From Eledone cirrhosa (lineage: Eukaryota), in NCBI GenBank assembly GCA_964016885.1, contig OZ024743.1:343604001-343668000 (forward strand): a stretch of 64,000 nt of DNA, written 5' to 3'. The first letter of the stretch is position 1, and every line of letters starts with the position of its first letter. This document shows, one piece after another, positions 25,960 to 38,150 of this stretch. Both the position numbers and the translations under genes were made by a program. The notes below the pieces were generated by a model that worked only from the letters and a program-made list of their open reading frames with translations, did not search any database and was not told where the DNA came from.

Positions 25960-26099
25960 CTCTTTATCCGAAGAATACATTGGGGCGTTGGTTTCTCCTT
26001 ATCCCAATCTTTACTGTGACAAGGATCCCAGTTGGAACTATTGGAGTGTGCAAGCATGTCTTCAGCTACAAAAAAGTCATCAGAGCTGGCGACCGCCAT
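25960..26099 (-). CDS. UBE2Z: UBE2Z coding exon 1, ubiquitin-conjugating enzyme E2 Z (USE1)
   Basis: ATG GCG GTC...ATA AAG AG|gtacga; MAVASSDD...NWDP...PQCILRIKR; phase 2 joins exon 2 across a ~16.2-kb intron. Confidence 0.9.
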
Positions 26100-26190
26100 A
26101 TTTATAACAACTTCCGGGTCTAGCCACGTGACGTAAGCACATGACTTATTGCGAGACTTTATTTTTCAACAAAGTCTATTCTCGAGAAAC
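26093..26190 (-). promoter_or_regulatory. UBE2Z proximal promoter/5' region: ETS, E-boxes, CRE-like and YY1-like sites
   Basis: CCGGAAGT within 26108-26120, GTCACGTG at 26125-26132, GTCATGTG at 26138-26145, ATGGCGG over the start codon; motif-only evidence. Confidence 0.65.
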
Positions 26191-27359
26191 TTCATAATTC
26201 TGTGGGATGTGTTGTCTTAAAATGAAATTTAAAAAATTAATAAAAATGCATCAAATTTATTATTTTGATAAATAATTTCTCTCTCCATAGCAGTTTTTGT
26301 TTCATTTAATGCCCTTATAAAACTATGGTGGTGGGTATAGATCGTATAATATAGTTTGGGATTACATTACACGACTTTTTAGAAAATCGTGTAAGTTTCC
26401 CTGGCAAGGATTCTGCGACAAAACAAGTTTGTGTCACCTTTTTTCAGTTCTATAAGGGAAAAAAATCTACTTCAGGAAGAGTTAATTTATTTGATTCTTG
26501 TTTTTTTTTTTAAATTATTACCAAGGCTGAAATTTCTCCCACTTCACAATTGAATATGTAGCTTTTATTTCTTGATCGACGAGTATATCTTCTCATTCCA
26601 CTCACCATTCTATTTATCTTATATTTTCTATAGCTTTTCTTTTAATAGGACTTATTTATATATTTCGTATTTCTTTTCTTCTCAAAGCAATATCATTATG
26701 TTTGTGTAATTGCTGGCCTTGTGCCTAAAGTAGAAACAATTATGTTTGTATAGATATATATTTTCATTTTCTACATTTCATGTCAACTTTTATTCCACAC
26801 AATTATACATGCTAATAAATACAATTTATAAAATAATTTCTTTTTAATAAAGTGGGAGAAGATACACACTCAATCACATACCTCAAAAAGGGTCGTGGAG
26901 TTAACCACTAAGAAGTTTTGCGGCAAGCCAATACTATCACGGCATTATTGCGGTTGATAGCGAATCTACCTCATTTATATATTTCATATTTTCTTTCCTT
27001 CCCTAAGCAATATATTTATGTTTTTTATTTTTTTATTTCTATATTCACTTTTATCCTTGCCTGAGTTTCTACATTCATGGTTAACCCAGCAGAGTTTCGG
27101 ATAATTTTATAATTATAATTATTAACTTTTTCGAAAAAAAAAAAAAAAAAAAAAATTAATTACATCAGAGATTACGATTTTGCAAACAAATTACACATTT
27201 CGATGTTTTTCACTCATACACCCACACACTACATCAGCTCTTCCCATTTTCAGAATACACAGCTGACTAACTTTTTAATTGCGGACTTACTTTTTTTGTT
27301 TTCCGAAAATAGCTTTCTCATTCGAAGACTGCCTCCCTACTCCTACCCTAATATGTTTT

Positions 27360-27830
27360 CTGCCTCTTGGTCCTGACCGACAGGATGGAGGATACACTGC
27401 CTGAGAGAACAGCGTGGGAGATGCACTGGAACAGCCACTCCACCTCGCGGAGCTCGTACCTGTGGGCAGCCAACTCCGCTCCGGTAGCAGTGAGCTGAGA
27501 TGTGGGCCAAGAACTCCAGAGGTCTCTACTGCCACAAACCTATCAGAGGGGCCAATGCTTGGACAGTTTGCCCTCTTCGGCGTAGTGGGCAGCGCTGGTA
27601 GCTAAACGCCCAAGATTGCCGCTAGAGGTGGTGTCACAACATGTAACATTCCAGATGAGAGGCCTACCCTCGCCGAACGGGTAGGTTGTCATGATGTCTG
27701 TCTTTTTGCTGTTCCCTCTGTCCAGCCCCACAGGCTTGAGCTTGGAAGGGAAACCTGTGCTGTCCAGATCATGCTTTATGATCTTATTGAGCGCAGCATG
27801 GCGTGGGAGGCAGCCAGCACTATAACAGCA
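27360..27830 (-). mobile_element. CRE-like RLE-domain fragment
   Basis: RHAALNKIIK...PVGLDRGNSKKTD...PLIWNVTCCDT...AEEGK...VAVETSGVLGP. Confidence 0.75.
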
Positions 27831-27994
27831 TAACAGTGGGTAGAGATTGAAAGCAATGGCACTTGTTTAAAAATAAGAGGTTTCTTTCACAGATTTAATT
27901 TTATTTTATATATATATATTTCAAAATCTATCAAAATACCTAAACCTAATAATTAAATAATGTGTTGAGTCCTGACTCGATACAACATCACAAT

Positions 27995-28330
27995 TCTGGA
28001 GCCAGCTGGATTGTCAAGAGTAGATGGGAAAAGGCCTGATGGACTTACCTTTTGCCCTTGGGATAGAAATAGAAGTCTCATTTGCGACACTACACTTAGC
28101 AATTCTTTTGTTCCTTCTTACATCCTGCATGTTGCAGCAAAGATGAGGGTCACTCAAAGCTGAATGGAACATTTTAAAATTCAACAAATTATTGGCAAAA
28201 TATTTTTTCCAGCCTGTGGTGTTTGAGATGTTTGGGGGAGCTGGGCTGCTGACAATGAAGATCTTGTCATTGCTTAACTGACATATCAAGTGTTGCCTGT
28301 GAGATTATTCCAGAAGACACAATTGCTTCT
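27995..28330 (+). mobile_element. CRE-like RLE-domain fragment
   Basis: LEPAGLSRVDGKRPDGLTFCPWDRNRSLICDTT. Confidence 0.75.
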
Positions 28331-29096
28331 AACATATTAATTAATAACAATGGAATATGATGATTCCAAGTGCATGAATATTATAGGAACATTAGAAAAG
28401 AATGCAGAAAATATCACAAGAAAAGTTAGAATAATTTCACTAGTGTTATATTAACGCTATAGAGTTCATAGTCAATAAGTTTATTTTGTATATATGTAAT
28501 AATTGCATTACTAAGTCTATAAAGTTTGTTTAACTCTATAGACTTAATGTTCATAATATAGAATGTTATGTAGTTCATCTTGAATTTTGAAGCTGCCAAA
28601 CAATGTAACATGGAAGCATTTAGTATGAGAGAAAATGTATTGATGCATTTCTGAATTTACTCATTTTATCAATTTCTTTAACTCAAAATTGGCCCTAGAA
28701 GAGCCTTTACTTGTCCTAATTTTAACTAATAGTACATCATATTCAGATTGCAGATTATGGTCTTCTGCTAGGTCCATATGGAAAGGTGAAAAAAAAAAAA
28801 ATCCAGATAGGTCCTGGTGATGTAATATTGTGTATGCATATATGGTTAGTGTACAGATAGCAGTCAAGCAAAGTATGGAAGCTCTTACAACACACACATG
28901 TGATAGGATTCTTTAGTTTTTGGTGACCACATTCAGCTATAGTAGAAAAAACTTGCCTAAGATTTAACAGTGGGACTGAACCAGTGATGTATCATAATCA
29001 TCGTTTTTATGGGTTCTTCTTAGCAAGGCATCCCTCTGTTCACTACATTCCTTTTTCACAGCTAAATAGTTTTCTCAACCCTTACTCAATAAGGGT

Positions 29097-29273
29097 TTCT
29101 CGTATAGGCACACGGCCAGTAATTTGGTGGGAGGGAAAAATCGATTAAATCGACCCCAGTACGTTACTGTTGCTTTAACTTCAGTGGGATTTGAACTCAG
29201 ACAGTAGAGGACCATAATTCTATGCTGCAATGCATGGTCTCTGACTCTATACCAATACTGACAATCCACTGCC
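29097..29273 (-). mobile_element. Nin-like SINE, internally deleted
   Basis: gggatttgaactcag and actgacaatccactgcc ends; flanked by duplicated aacccttactcaataa. Confidence 0.75.
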
Positions 29274-29589
29274 CAAACCCTTACTCAATAATGAAATCAA
29301 GAGTATAGCAGTATTTTTTCCCGTTCTGCAATTAAAGTATATGATTAGTGAATGTTTTAGTATTGTACTTATTTGGTTTCTTACAATTATTACAATTTAC
29401 TTTGAAGAATATTCCAATTAATATAACTATAAATTGCTTAAACCTTCAGAAAAAAAGCAGCTTTAGAAAGGACTATAAATGCCATAAATGAGAGGAAAAG
29501 GAGGGAAGAGCAAAGACTACTAGACAAAGGAAGAAAGAAATGGGGAAGGTAAGAGGGTGATAGACTCCTCACCTAGGTCAAAGTGGTGT

Positions 29590-29915
29590 TTTGGCTACAC
29601 CCTATGAACAAAATGGCAAAAGCATTTCCACGGACAATGACCAGTGACACTCACTGCACAGCCACTCCATCTCGCGGGGCTCCTTTCTCAGACAGGCTGC
29701 CATCAATTTAATTTTACAGAGATCTGCTGTCCAAGGTCCGAGTATGCCTGAGGTCTCGATGGCAACTGGTGCAAAGGGGAAGTGGCTGAACAAGCTCCGA
29801 TATTGACTTGTCTTCCTGTCCTCTGCATTGCGAGCTGCAGTACTGGGGTTTGTGGTCAGAGTGACTAAGTTATAGGCGGAGAACATGTCACAGCATGTCG
29901 AGTCCTGAATCTTAC
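29590..29915 (-). mobile_element. CRE-like RLE-domain fragment
   Basis: AARNAEDRKTSQYRSL...FAPVAIETSGILGP. Confidence 0.7.
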
Positions 29916-30496
29916 AATTTGATCACTCTCAACTGCAGTAGCAGAAGAAGAATGAAGAGGAGGAAGATGATGGGTCCAAAGATTTTTTTTCATTGATGTT
30001 TACAAAAACCTGTAACTGATATTTCAGTGTCACTTGTTTTTTAAAGATTTTAATGAAAATATGAAATATTAAAACAATTTAGTACCTAATGCTACCACTT
30101 CCAACAAAGCAGCAAGCAGCCAGAAATATAGCAGGCCACAAGCAGCCATTTCATTTGTTAAGGGATATAAAAGAAAATCGAATGCAACATTGTTCTTGAA
30201 GTTAGAAAATGATTGGTAGATGATTGAAAAGAATTAAGATTATACCAATCAGGGAAACAAAAAGAAGCAAGAGAGTTCCATAAGGTAGATGTTTGAGAAA
30301 AGAAACTACTAGAGTAAAAACTCCTCTACTTATAAGAGGGTGCAATCACAGTGAAAGGATGAGAATGAAGAGGAAAAACAAATGAAGAAAGTTTTGCAAA
30401 AACATTTATAGAATACAAGGAAAATGCATTATAGCCAATATCAACAGTGTATGTGTATGCATGCATGTGTGTGTGTGAAGGCTGAATGAACTATTC

Positions 30497-30693
30497 CCCT
30501 TTAGCATTTATATTACTCTATATATACTATTGTATTTTCGTAGTAAAGGCTTTATCTTACATAATTATCTCACATAATATTGAAACTACGAAATTTTGAT
30601 ATCATTTATTTTGAGATCAGTATGTGCGGCCAGTTTGAATAGAAAGAGGCGAGAGAATTCTGGCCGGATATGGGTGGTTTAAATGCTAAAGGG
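30497..30693 (+). mobile_element. piggyBac-like MITE
   Basis: TIR CCCTTTAGCATTTA / TAAATGCTAAAGGG; same family as 48532 and 50191. Confidence 0.85.
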
Positions 30694-31095
30694 TTCAGCA
30701 AAATAAGCACGTCTTAGGGCATCAGGGAAGAAGGACAGTATTTTATTTAAACACGTGTGTGTGTGTGTGGGGGTGGATATTTTAATTGTCTCAAAAAGAT
30801 TTAATGTGGCTCAGATGCATGTGTGTAGGAGGTCATTACATGCTATTGTACTAATTTGAAAGATATCTTGTTGCTATCATTTAAAACTGCTGAAAGTGCA
30901 ACACTATTCTAAAAGAAAAAATACCATTCCCACTCATTTGATCTAAACAAAAACCAAACCCATTGATAATGAATTAGCAGAATTGTCAGAGCATCAAAGG
31001 ACAATGCTTTTATAGTTTAAATCCTACCAAGGTCAACTTTGCCTTTCATTCTTTCAGTGTGCTGTACAAAAACAATAATAACCATAACTGCAGCA

Positions 31096-31096
<1 letters not shown>

Positions 31097-31149
<53 letters not shown>

Positions 31150-31172
31150 GCTACTACCACCACCACCACCAT
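31097..31172 (+). repeat. (CTA)n then (CCA)n microsatellite
   Basis: Read directly. Confidence 0.95.
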
Positions 31173-31857
31173 TTTTAGATGCTGTGTATAGGGATCACAT
31201 TATCTAACATCTTCCGATTTGATGAGAGGTTGTCATTTGAGAGAGATTTGGCTCCTATTTCTAACAAATTGAGCGACCTCATAGAGGCTTCTTCGTTTGC
31301 TGGTGCAATTATTACTGTTGAGTTGTCTTTTTTTAAAAAGGTATTCATGTTTAATAGCAATACAGGCTCAGTTATGGTTGTGTTAAGAGATTGACTTAAC
31401 AGTCATGTGGTTTGAGGTACAATCCCAATGCACAGAATTTTATGGTTAGGAACCATTTTCCCCCCGTCACAATACTGACATTACATCTGCATCTCTATCC
31501 TTTCTAATTAGGTGTTGTTCTCAGAATATAAAACTGAGAGTTGGACTAGGTTTTTAGTGTCCTTTGCTTGGGGTTTAATGCCTCCTGAAATCATTAAGCA
31601 CCAGTTATATACTAGAGTTAATTCAATGGATTATAGCTTAACTACGAAACCAGTTACGAATTACTAATAATGGAAAAACAAGAAAACTTATTAGATATCA
31701 TCAAAGAGAGAATGATTTACTAGAAGACAAAATAAATGAGAAGAATGGAAGGGCAAAACCAAGAATTACATGGATAGATAATATTTAAAAAATGGGCAGA
31801 CTAACAATACAGTGCATCAATAAAAGACTAAGATGGCGCTATATGGTATTGAACTTG

Positions 31858-32278
31858 CTGAATGTGGAAGGTACTTAATGCTGATGATGATATTCATTTT
31901 AAAACTTGATCAAAGAGATTAACGAAAAAAGATTATTTTACAATAATTGCAGCTATCTTTTAAATTTGTGTTGGTGACAATTACTTTCAATCGAAAATGA
32001 ATGGGAAAGGACAATAAAGATCACAAAATCCCATTTGTCCTCCCGCATAAAATCTAAAATAATTACCTGAATGTGGAAGGTACTTAATGCTGATGATGAT
32101 ATTCATTTTAAAACTTGATCAAAGAGATTAACGAAAAAAGATTATTTTATAATAATTGCAGCTATCTTTTAAATTTGTGTTGGTGACAATTACTTTCAAT
32201 CGAAAATGAATGGGAAAGGACAATAAAGATCACAAAATCCCATTTGTCCTCCCGCATAAAATCTAAAATAATTACCTG
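31858..32278 (+). repeat. 209-bp tandem duplication
   Basis: Copies start at 31858 and 32067; one substitution seen; CTG microhomology at junctions. Confidence 0.95.
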
Positions 32279-32301
32279 TGAAATTTCGTATTATTTATAA
32301 A

Positions 32302-32492
32302 GGGCGGTGGATTGGCAGTATCGGTAGAGGGTCGGACGCAATGCTTTGACGCATAGAGTTACGGCCCTTGCCATTCTGAGTTCAAATCCTGCCGAGGTTA
32401 ACTTTGCCTTTCATCCTTACGGGGTCGATAAAATAAAGTACCAGTAATACACTGTTTATTTGCTGGCCATGTGCCAAAAGCAGAAACAATTA
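32302..32492 (+). mobile_element. Full-length Nin-like tRNA SINE with TSD
   Basis: A/B boxes, conserved core, TSD attatttataaag. Confidence 0.9.
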
Positions 32493-34250
32493 TTTATAAA
32501 GGGAAGTCACTTTCAAATATTCTAGAGTTATTTCCCTTGAATCTTATTTACTGTAGACCCCCCTCCCTATACACCCGACACATTTATAGAAACGATTAAA
32601 TCAGATGAGACGTTTATGCTTTTGAGAAGTTGAGAAGTGAAGATATTTTTCATATGTAATGTCTCATTACAGAAATTCTAACTGAGCATCTCAGTGTGGA
32701 AAACAGTTTTTCCTCTTTTTTTTCGTGCGCTATCAAATTAATCTGGCCTTGAAGTTGCTCGTAATCAGGAAAACGGAGGGTGTCCCACCCCTCCTCGGAG
32801 TTTTCTCGATTTATTTTCGCGTGTTATAAACGAGTATAACCTCCAAACCCATCGGAAATTACTTGTTGTTCATAGATTGGAAGGAAATGGGGGTAACCTC
32901 GACGCTCTCATTACAATCATAACCCCATATAACTGAAAAACGCATGGACGCCACACACGTGTCATTTGGCAGCCATAGCTTGTTTATTCAATTTGAAATC
33001 TCTTTGTCTTTTAATTATATGAATGTCACAATGGCTTCATGTCAAATAAGGGAGCTTTTAAAAATATTCTCTTTTAATTTTACGGGTTTGAAAAAAATTT
33101 CACATCCAATGCGAGACGGTTGTAATTGGGAAGAAACATCGAATGCAAACCACTCACGTAACTAAAAAAACAAACAGTTTCAAACAGCTTTGAAGATCAG
33201 ATTCGTTCAAATCACACGAAAACACTTAGGAACAAGTTATTCACCTCAAACGCGAGACAGATGTGATTGTAATGAAATTTCCGAGGATGGGAAACTTCGA
33301 AGTTTTGCTTCCTTCCCTCTCCGATATCTGAAAAACAATAATTTCCGATGGGTTTGGAGGTCAGATTCGCTGAAAATACGAAAAAAAAAACAAAAAAACT
33401 CGGAAGAAATTTCTACTCGAACCCGAAACTTGTACTTGTAAAAATTAATTCTTCTTCGTTCTGATATCAAATTTTGTCGCAAGGAATTTCCCCACTCATC
33501 TTTTACGGGTCACTGGAAAATGTACCAGTCATACACTGTGTATACTTCATCACCTTTCTGTTAGTGAATTAATGTAATGTAGTGTAGTATTTAAGTTTTA
33601 GGTTTACTGTAAAACGAAATCAATTTAAAATTGAACTTTCTAGTTCCACTCCGTTTCCCAAAGTGGGTTCCGATGACTCCCAGATTTAGAGAGAGAATTT
33701 ATTTATATTAAAAAAAAAATATATATTTTTATATGAATAAATTCTTTTTAAATTTGTGTTTAATTTAACGTCTTCTTATTATTATTAGGGTAGTGCCTAT
33801 TGTCCGTAAAACATAGTTATGAGTTTCGCAATTTTTGGAAATCGGGATAAACTCCAGTTTAATGAGCTTCTGGGCTTGGGACAGACCTATTTTAGTGGTT
33901 AGTTCGTAGATGTAAATTATTGTTGGTCGGCTTCTGCGAACTTTGTTTTAATTCTTTCATATTTGTCACAGCATTCGGTGTAAGACATAAAAGTCACAAC
34001 TTCACAGGTAATCTCATATAAACATGTAAATAAACGAGTATATGCAAGAAAGCATACGGTGTTGCAGCGAACAAAGTGGTTATTGTATCAGTACAGAACT
34101 TTAAAGTACTGTACTTCCTGATGTCCTTGAGAATGAACATCACAACATCCATTCTAAAATCTCATGTTTCGTGGCTATTAAAATAAATAAACAACATAAT
34201 TATTTTATATTCGATGTGTATTAAAAGAACATGTATAACATTTTAACACT

Positions 34251-34312
34251 GGACCCGGAAGTTGAGAATCACGTGACTAATTGCAAATAGTCTTCGCTAT
34301 CCATAATGGCGG
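34251..34312 (+). promoter_or_regulatory. ZFP64-like proximal promoter: ETS, E-box, YY1-like sites
   Basis: GACCCGGAAGTTG 34252-34264, TCACGTGAC 34269-34277, ATAATGGCGG 34303-34312; another ACCGGAAGT near 34548. Confidence 0.65.
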
Positions 34313-34327
34313 AAGCTGGAGATTTCA

Positions 34328-34409
34328 ATGTGTTACTTTGAATTTGAAGATATTCAATATTCTAGCAACATGATTAAACCAGAGAGGAACGGCAATATGT
34401 CTGTGCAGT
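34328..34409 (+). CDS. ZFP64: ZFP64-like coding exon 1 (start may be ATG 34328, 34370 or 34397)
   Basis: MCYFEFEDIQYSSNMIKPERNGNMSVQ then T|gtaagt; phase-1 donor matches the exon 2 acceptor; lies directly after the promoter motifs. Confidence 0.7.
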
Positions 34410-35592
34410 GTAAGTTGAGCAAACTTTTGCTACTTTAAAGCCTCTTTGCGCTACTGAACTCATGCTATAAGGCATCTGTTCGTCTCAATCTGCTGGTTTC
34501 GGGCACCGAACAGGGCCTGCTCTCGGCCCGGTGTCGTTATATTAATGACCGGAAGTACATTACTACTACTGTTATACTCGAGTTATACAACTGCTATTAC
34601 TACCATTGTTCTTACTCTTTGTAACTTATTCCATGTTTTAATCTCCTGGAATTCTCTTCCATCTCAACAACAACCACCTTCCCGTCTTTCTATTTTCTTA
34701 AGCATTTATACTCTATTCTCTCATTCCCCACTCTCACTCTTTATTTTTTCCTTTCATTTCTCCCTCGGATTTTCCTTCTCTTCACTTACACTCTGTTTCT
34801 TTTTTTCTGTCTTTCACTTCATTTTCTTTAGTTCGGACGGTTTCATTCTGTTATTTTCGGGTTCATACATCCCAACCCTGCCTCCTTCTTTCACCTATAT
34901 TCTCTCTCTTCTTTTCTTTCATTCTCTTGTTCAAACACTCTTTCTCCTTTTTGCTTATTGTTTTCCTTTATCTATGTTTTCTTGCAACCTTATATCTACC
35001 TCCGTTCTGACAGCACAGAATAAAGCAACTCTGTTAAAACAACATATACTCTTTGTTATCCACTCAGATATATTGCATAGGGATAAAGAACTTGCAGGTG
35101 GATTGTATGATTGTATCACGGTTTACAGCTCAAATTACTTTGCATTTCGTCTGTTTAGACATCAATAAAGTTAGTACTAGTATTTTGGGGTGATAGTTTT
35201 GACTTTCACCTGTATTTGTGATTAAAAACTTTACTAGTGTCGAACCGACCTAAACCTTTAAATGAAACTGTGCAGACTGAACATGATCACAACTTAGATC
35301 TTCGGAGCCTTTAGCGTATGTTATAAGCATTCGGGTCTGGTTTCCAATATGAGGATACTCTCTCCACTCCAGCCAGTTTTGAAGGCACTTCAAAAAAGGT
35401 CACACATCGTTATGTTATTGTTTTTAACCGTGGATCAACAATGATCAAAGACGTTCTAGCTTTCCGTTTAATAGAACAGCTAAAGACTACATTACCCAAT
35501 GTGTTGTCTCCTACATTTTTTTTAAAGACCGTAGGATGTAATTTGAGATTTGGCTGGTATTTCTAGCAGACAGAACGATCGACCACGTAGAG

Positions 35593-35915
35593 CAGTGGTT
35601 CTTAACATGGGGTGCCGACACTCCCAAGGGGCGCCAAATTCTGTTCTTATGAGTGCAAGCAGACGTCTAGAAAAACAACTTTTTATAAAAATTTTACTTC
35701 GTATCATTCAGTATTTCATAGCGTTCCGTTTGTTTCAACATAGTATTTATTTAATTAAATCATAGCAGTTAATTAATTAAATAGTAGCAGCTAAGTAGCT
35801 GATAACTTGACCTGTAAATTCAACTTCTTTTGCCTTATGTGCTAGCCCGAGGGGTGCAGGATAGAATTTTAAAATCTCAAGGAGTGCCGCGATAGAAAAT
35901 GGTTAAGAACCACTG
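35593..35915. mobile_element. hAT (Charlie-like) MITE
   Basis: TIR CAGTGGTTCTTAAC / GTTAAGAACCACTG; 8-bp TSD acgtagag/atgtagag. Confidence 0.92.
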
Positions 35916-37124
35916 ATGTAGAGGATCTCATGTTTGCTCGACCACAGTCGAAGGAGCTTGTACTTCCCCTTTCTTACACCCTCGAGTAATTCGTATTATT
36001 AAAGAACACCTCCATTGCTTTCAGTGGGAAATAATTATTTTTCCTGGTTTTTTAAATTAAAAAATGTTTTGACGTGTGCTATTAATTAAACTGACTTCCT
36101 AATATGCTGCACAGGACTTTTCTTCGGAAAATGGAGGAGGGGTACTCAGACTTTTCATCCTCCGGATTTTTTTTATTACCACACGTCTTTTCGTGTGCTA
36201 CTAACTAATCTTACCTCCGAACATGCGAAAGAGCTTATTTCGCTGGAAAACGGAAAGGGAAGAGGGTTGACCCTCGGATTTTTCACCCCTCTCCTGGGGT
36301 TATGGTTAGGGTGTAAAGAAAACTCCGAGAGGGGTGGGGGGCATATCTGAGAGTAATTCTCCGTGGAAAAAAAAGTCCTTTGCAGCATGTTCGGAGGTAA
36401 GATTAGTTGGTAGTACACGAAAAAACAGGGATAAAATGGTAAAGGAAACTTGGAGGGAGGAAGTAAAAAGTCCGAGGGTCACCCACCACACCCCTTCGTT
36501 TTCCAGGGAAGAAAGCCCTTTGCAGTATATTTGGAGATTAGACTTTCCCACCTTTCTTCTGTAAATTTACCAAGTAATTTATCTCTATATACGCATCACT
36601 TCATTTAATCCCTGTTTACTGTTGTTGCTGCTTCCCAAACTTGATTCACTATTCTTCAACATAGTGTTTGCATCTGGTATGGATTGGTTGAAACAGATTT
36701 GTAGCAGTATTCTACGACTGGATGCTCCTCCCGATAACAACTGTTACTTGTTTTTAAGTATGGTGCTGATTTTCACACTTCGAACTGCTGAGCTGGGCAT
36801 ATTGTTTATGCAGGACAAACAAACGACACTAACTACTGAAAGAGGGATACACACGTAAACGCATGCACAAACACACATGTCATTTGTTCTCTCTCTCTCT
36901 CTCTCAGATTATCCATAGAATATACTATGGAATGTTGTTATTTTTCAATGATCATATGTGCTTGGACAATGCTTTTTTCTCATGTCGCTGAAGAAAGCAG
37001 TGTGGTTGGAATATTGGTATTTGGAAGCTCTTTTCAGCATTCGAATATATTTTTCGATTGGTTGTACTATTCATAGATCTTACCTTTGATTCATATATCA
37101 CAGTTTTGGTGTTGCAGATTTAAT

Positions 37125-37164
<40 letters not shown>

Positions 37165-38150
37165 TCTCTTTATTGGCCACAAGGGCTGGCATCAAGAAAA
37201 ACATTACAGACAGTACAGGACGGTGCGATGTGGGTTTTGTGCGTGTAGAGATTTTTATTATTTATATAAAAAAGGAAAAAAAAAAAGACGTAGAAACATA
37301 TATATATATATATATAAACAATAAAAATGAAAATTGAAACAATGAAAAATTCCCCAATAGGGGGGGAAACCTCCGAGGGTTACTCGTGGCGAAAACAACA
37401 CAAAAGACCACGGCCACCCTGATCACCAGGGCAAGTGCCTTCTCTCAACTTTTCCATTTCTCAAACTACAGGCGTATATTCAGAGCGGCCCCGTTCACTC
37501 GGACCATTCTCGCTACATTCACCCACCTTTCAACAAACTTGTTAGAAGGCAGCACTTGCCTCTCCACCCTGATTTTCCTTTTCAAGTGAAACTTGAAAAA
37601 GTTAATTAGGGATTCGCCGAAGAGGAAAGTGTCTGTCTTTAATCCTTTCAACCTTGTCCACCACACAATCTCTTTCGCCATGGCCACCAGGCAGATAAAA
37701 ACCGCCTGCTCTTCCTCCTCGAAGGAAGACGGTGAGACCATCTGCACAATGGACTCAGTCGATAACCGGATCAGTCCTACACGCGACAGAAACTGTTTGA
37801 CATAGCTCCACAAGTCAGCAATGCTCGGGCACTGAACGAGTGCGTGCACGACGGTTTCGTCGCTCTGCGCGCATTTCGGACAGGCTCGGCTGACGGCACT
37901 TCCATGCCTGTAGAGCTTATCTCGAACCGGCAATGCTCTCCGGTTGCACTGCCAGACCAGGGATTTTTGGAAGTTATCCATAGGCCCTGGGCTGAAAGTT
38001 CTGAAGAGAGCAAACAGCTGATCTTCTTCAACGCCCAGGATCTCTCTGAGAACGTCGTCGCTCTCCACCTCCACTAGTCCTCTATAGAATGCCGAAGTGG
38101 ATGTTCCACCGATACTGGTGCCCAGCTGGCAGAGGGCGGTGAGCGCCTGG
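37125..38150 (-). mobile_element. L1/Tx1-clade LINE 3' fragment
   Basis: 202-aa ORF with ALPVRDKL...CPKCAQSDETVVHALVQC CCHC zinc knuckle; (ATT)n tail at ~37128-37160. Confidence 0.8.

Noticed and set aside
26200-34200. Hidden third protein-coding gene between the two promoters
   Set aside because: Only CRE-like fragments, SINEs, MITEs and simple repeats were recognised; no consistent exon chain. A noncoding transcript cannot be excluded.
34545-35168. 207-aa hydrophobic ORF
   Set aside because: Produced by pyrimidine-rich intron sequence; no recognisable domain or splice logic.
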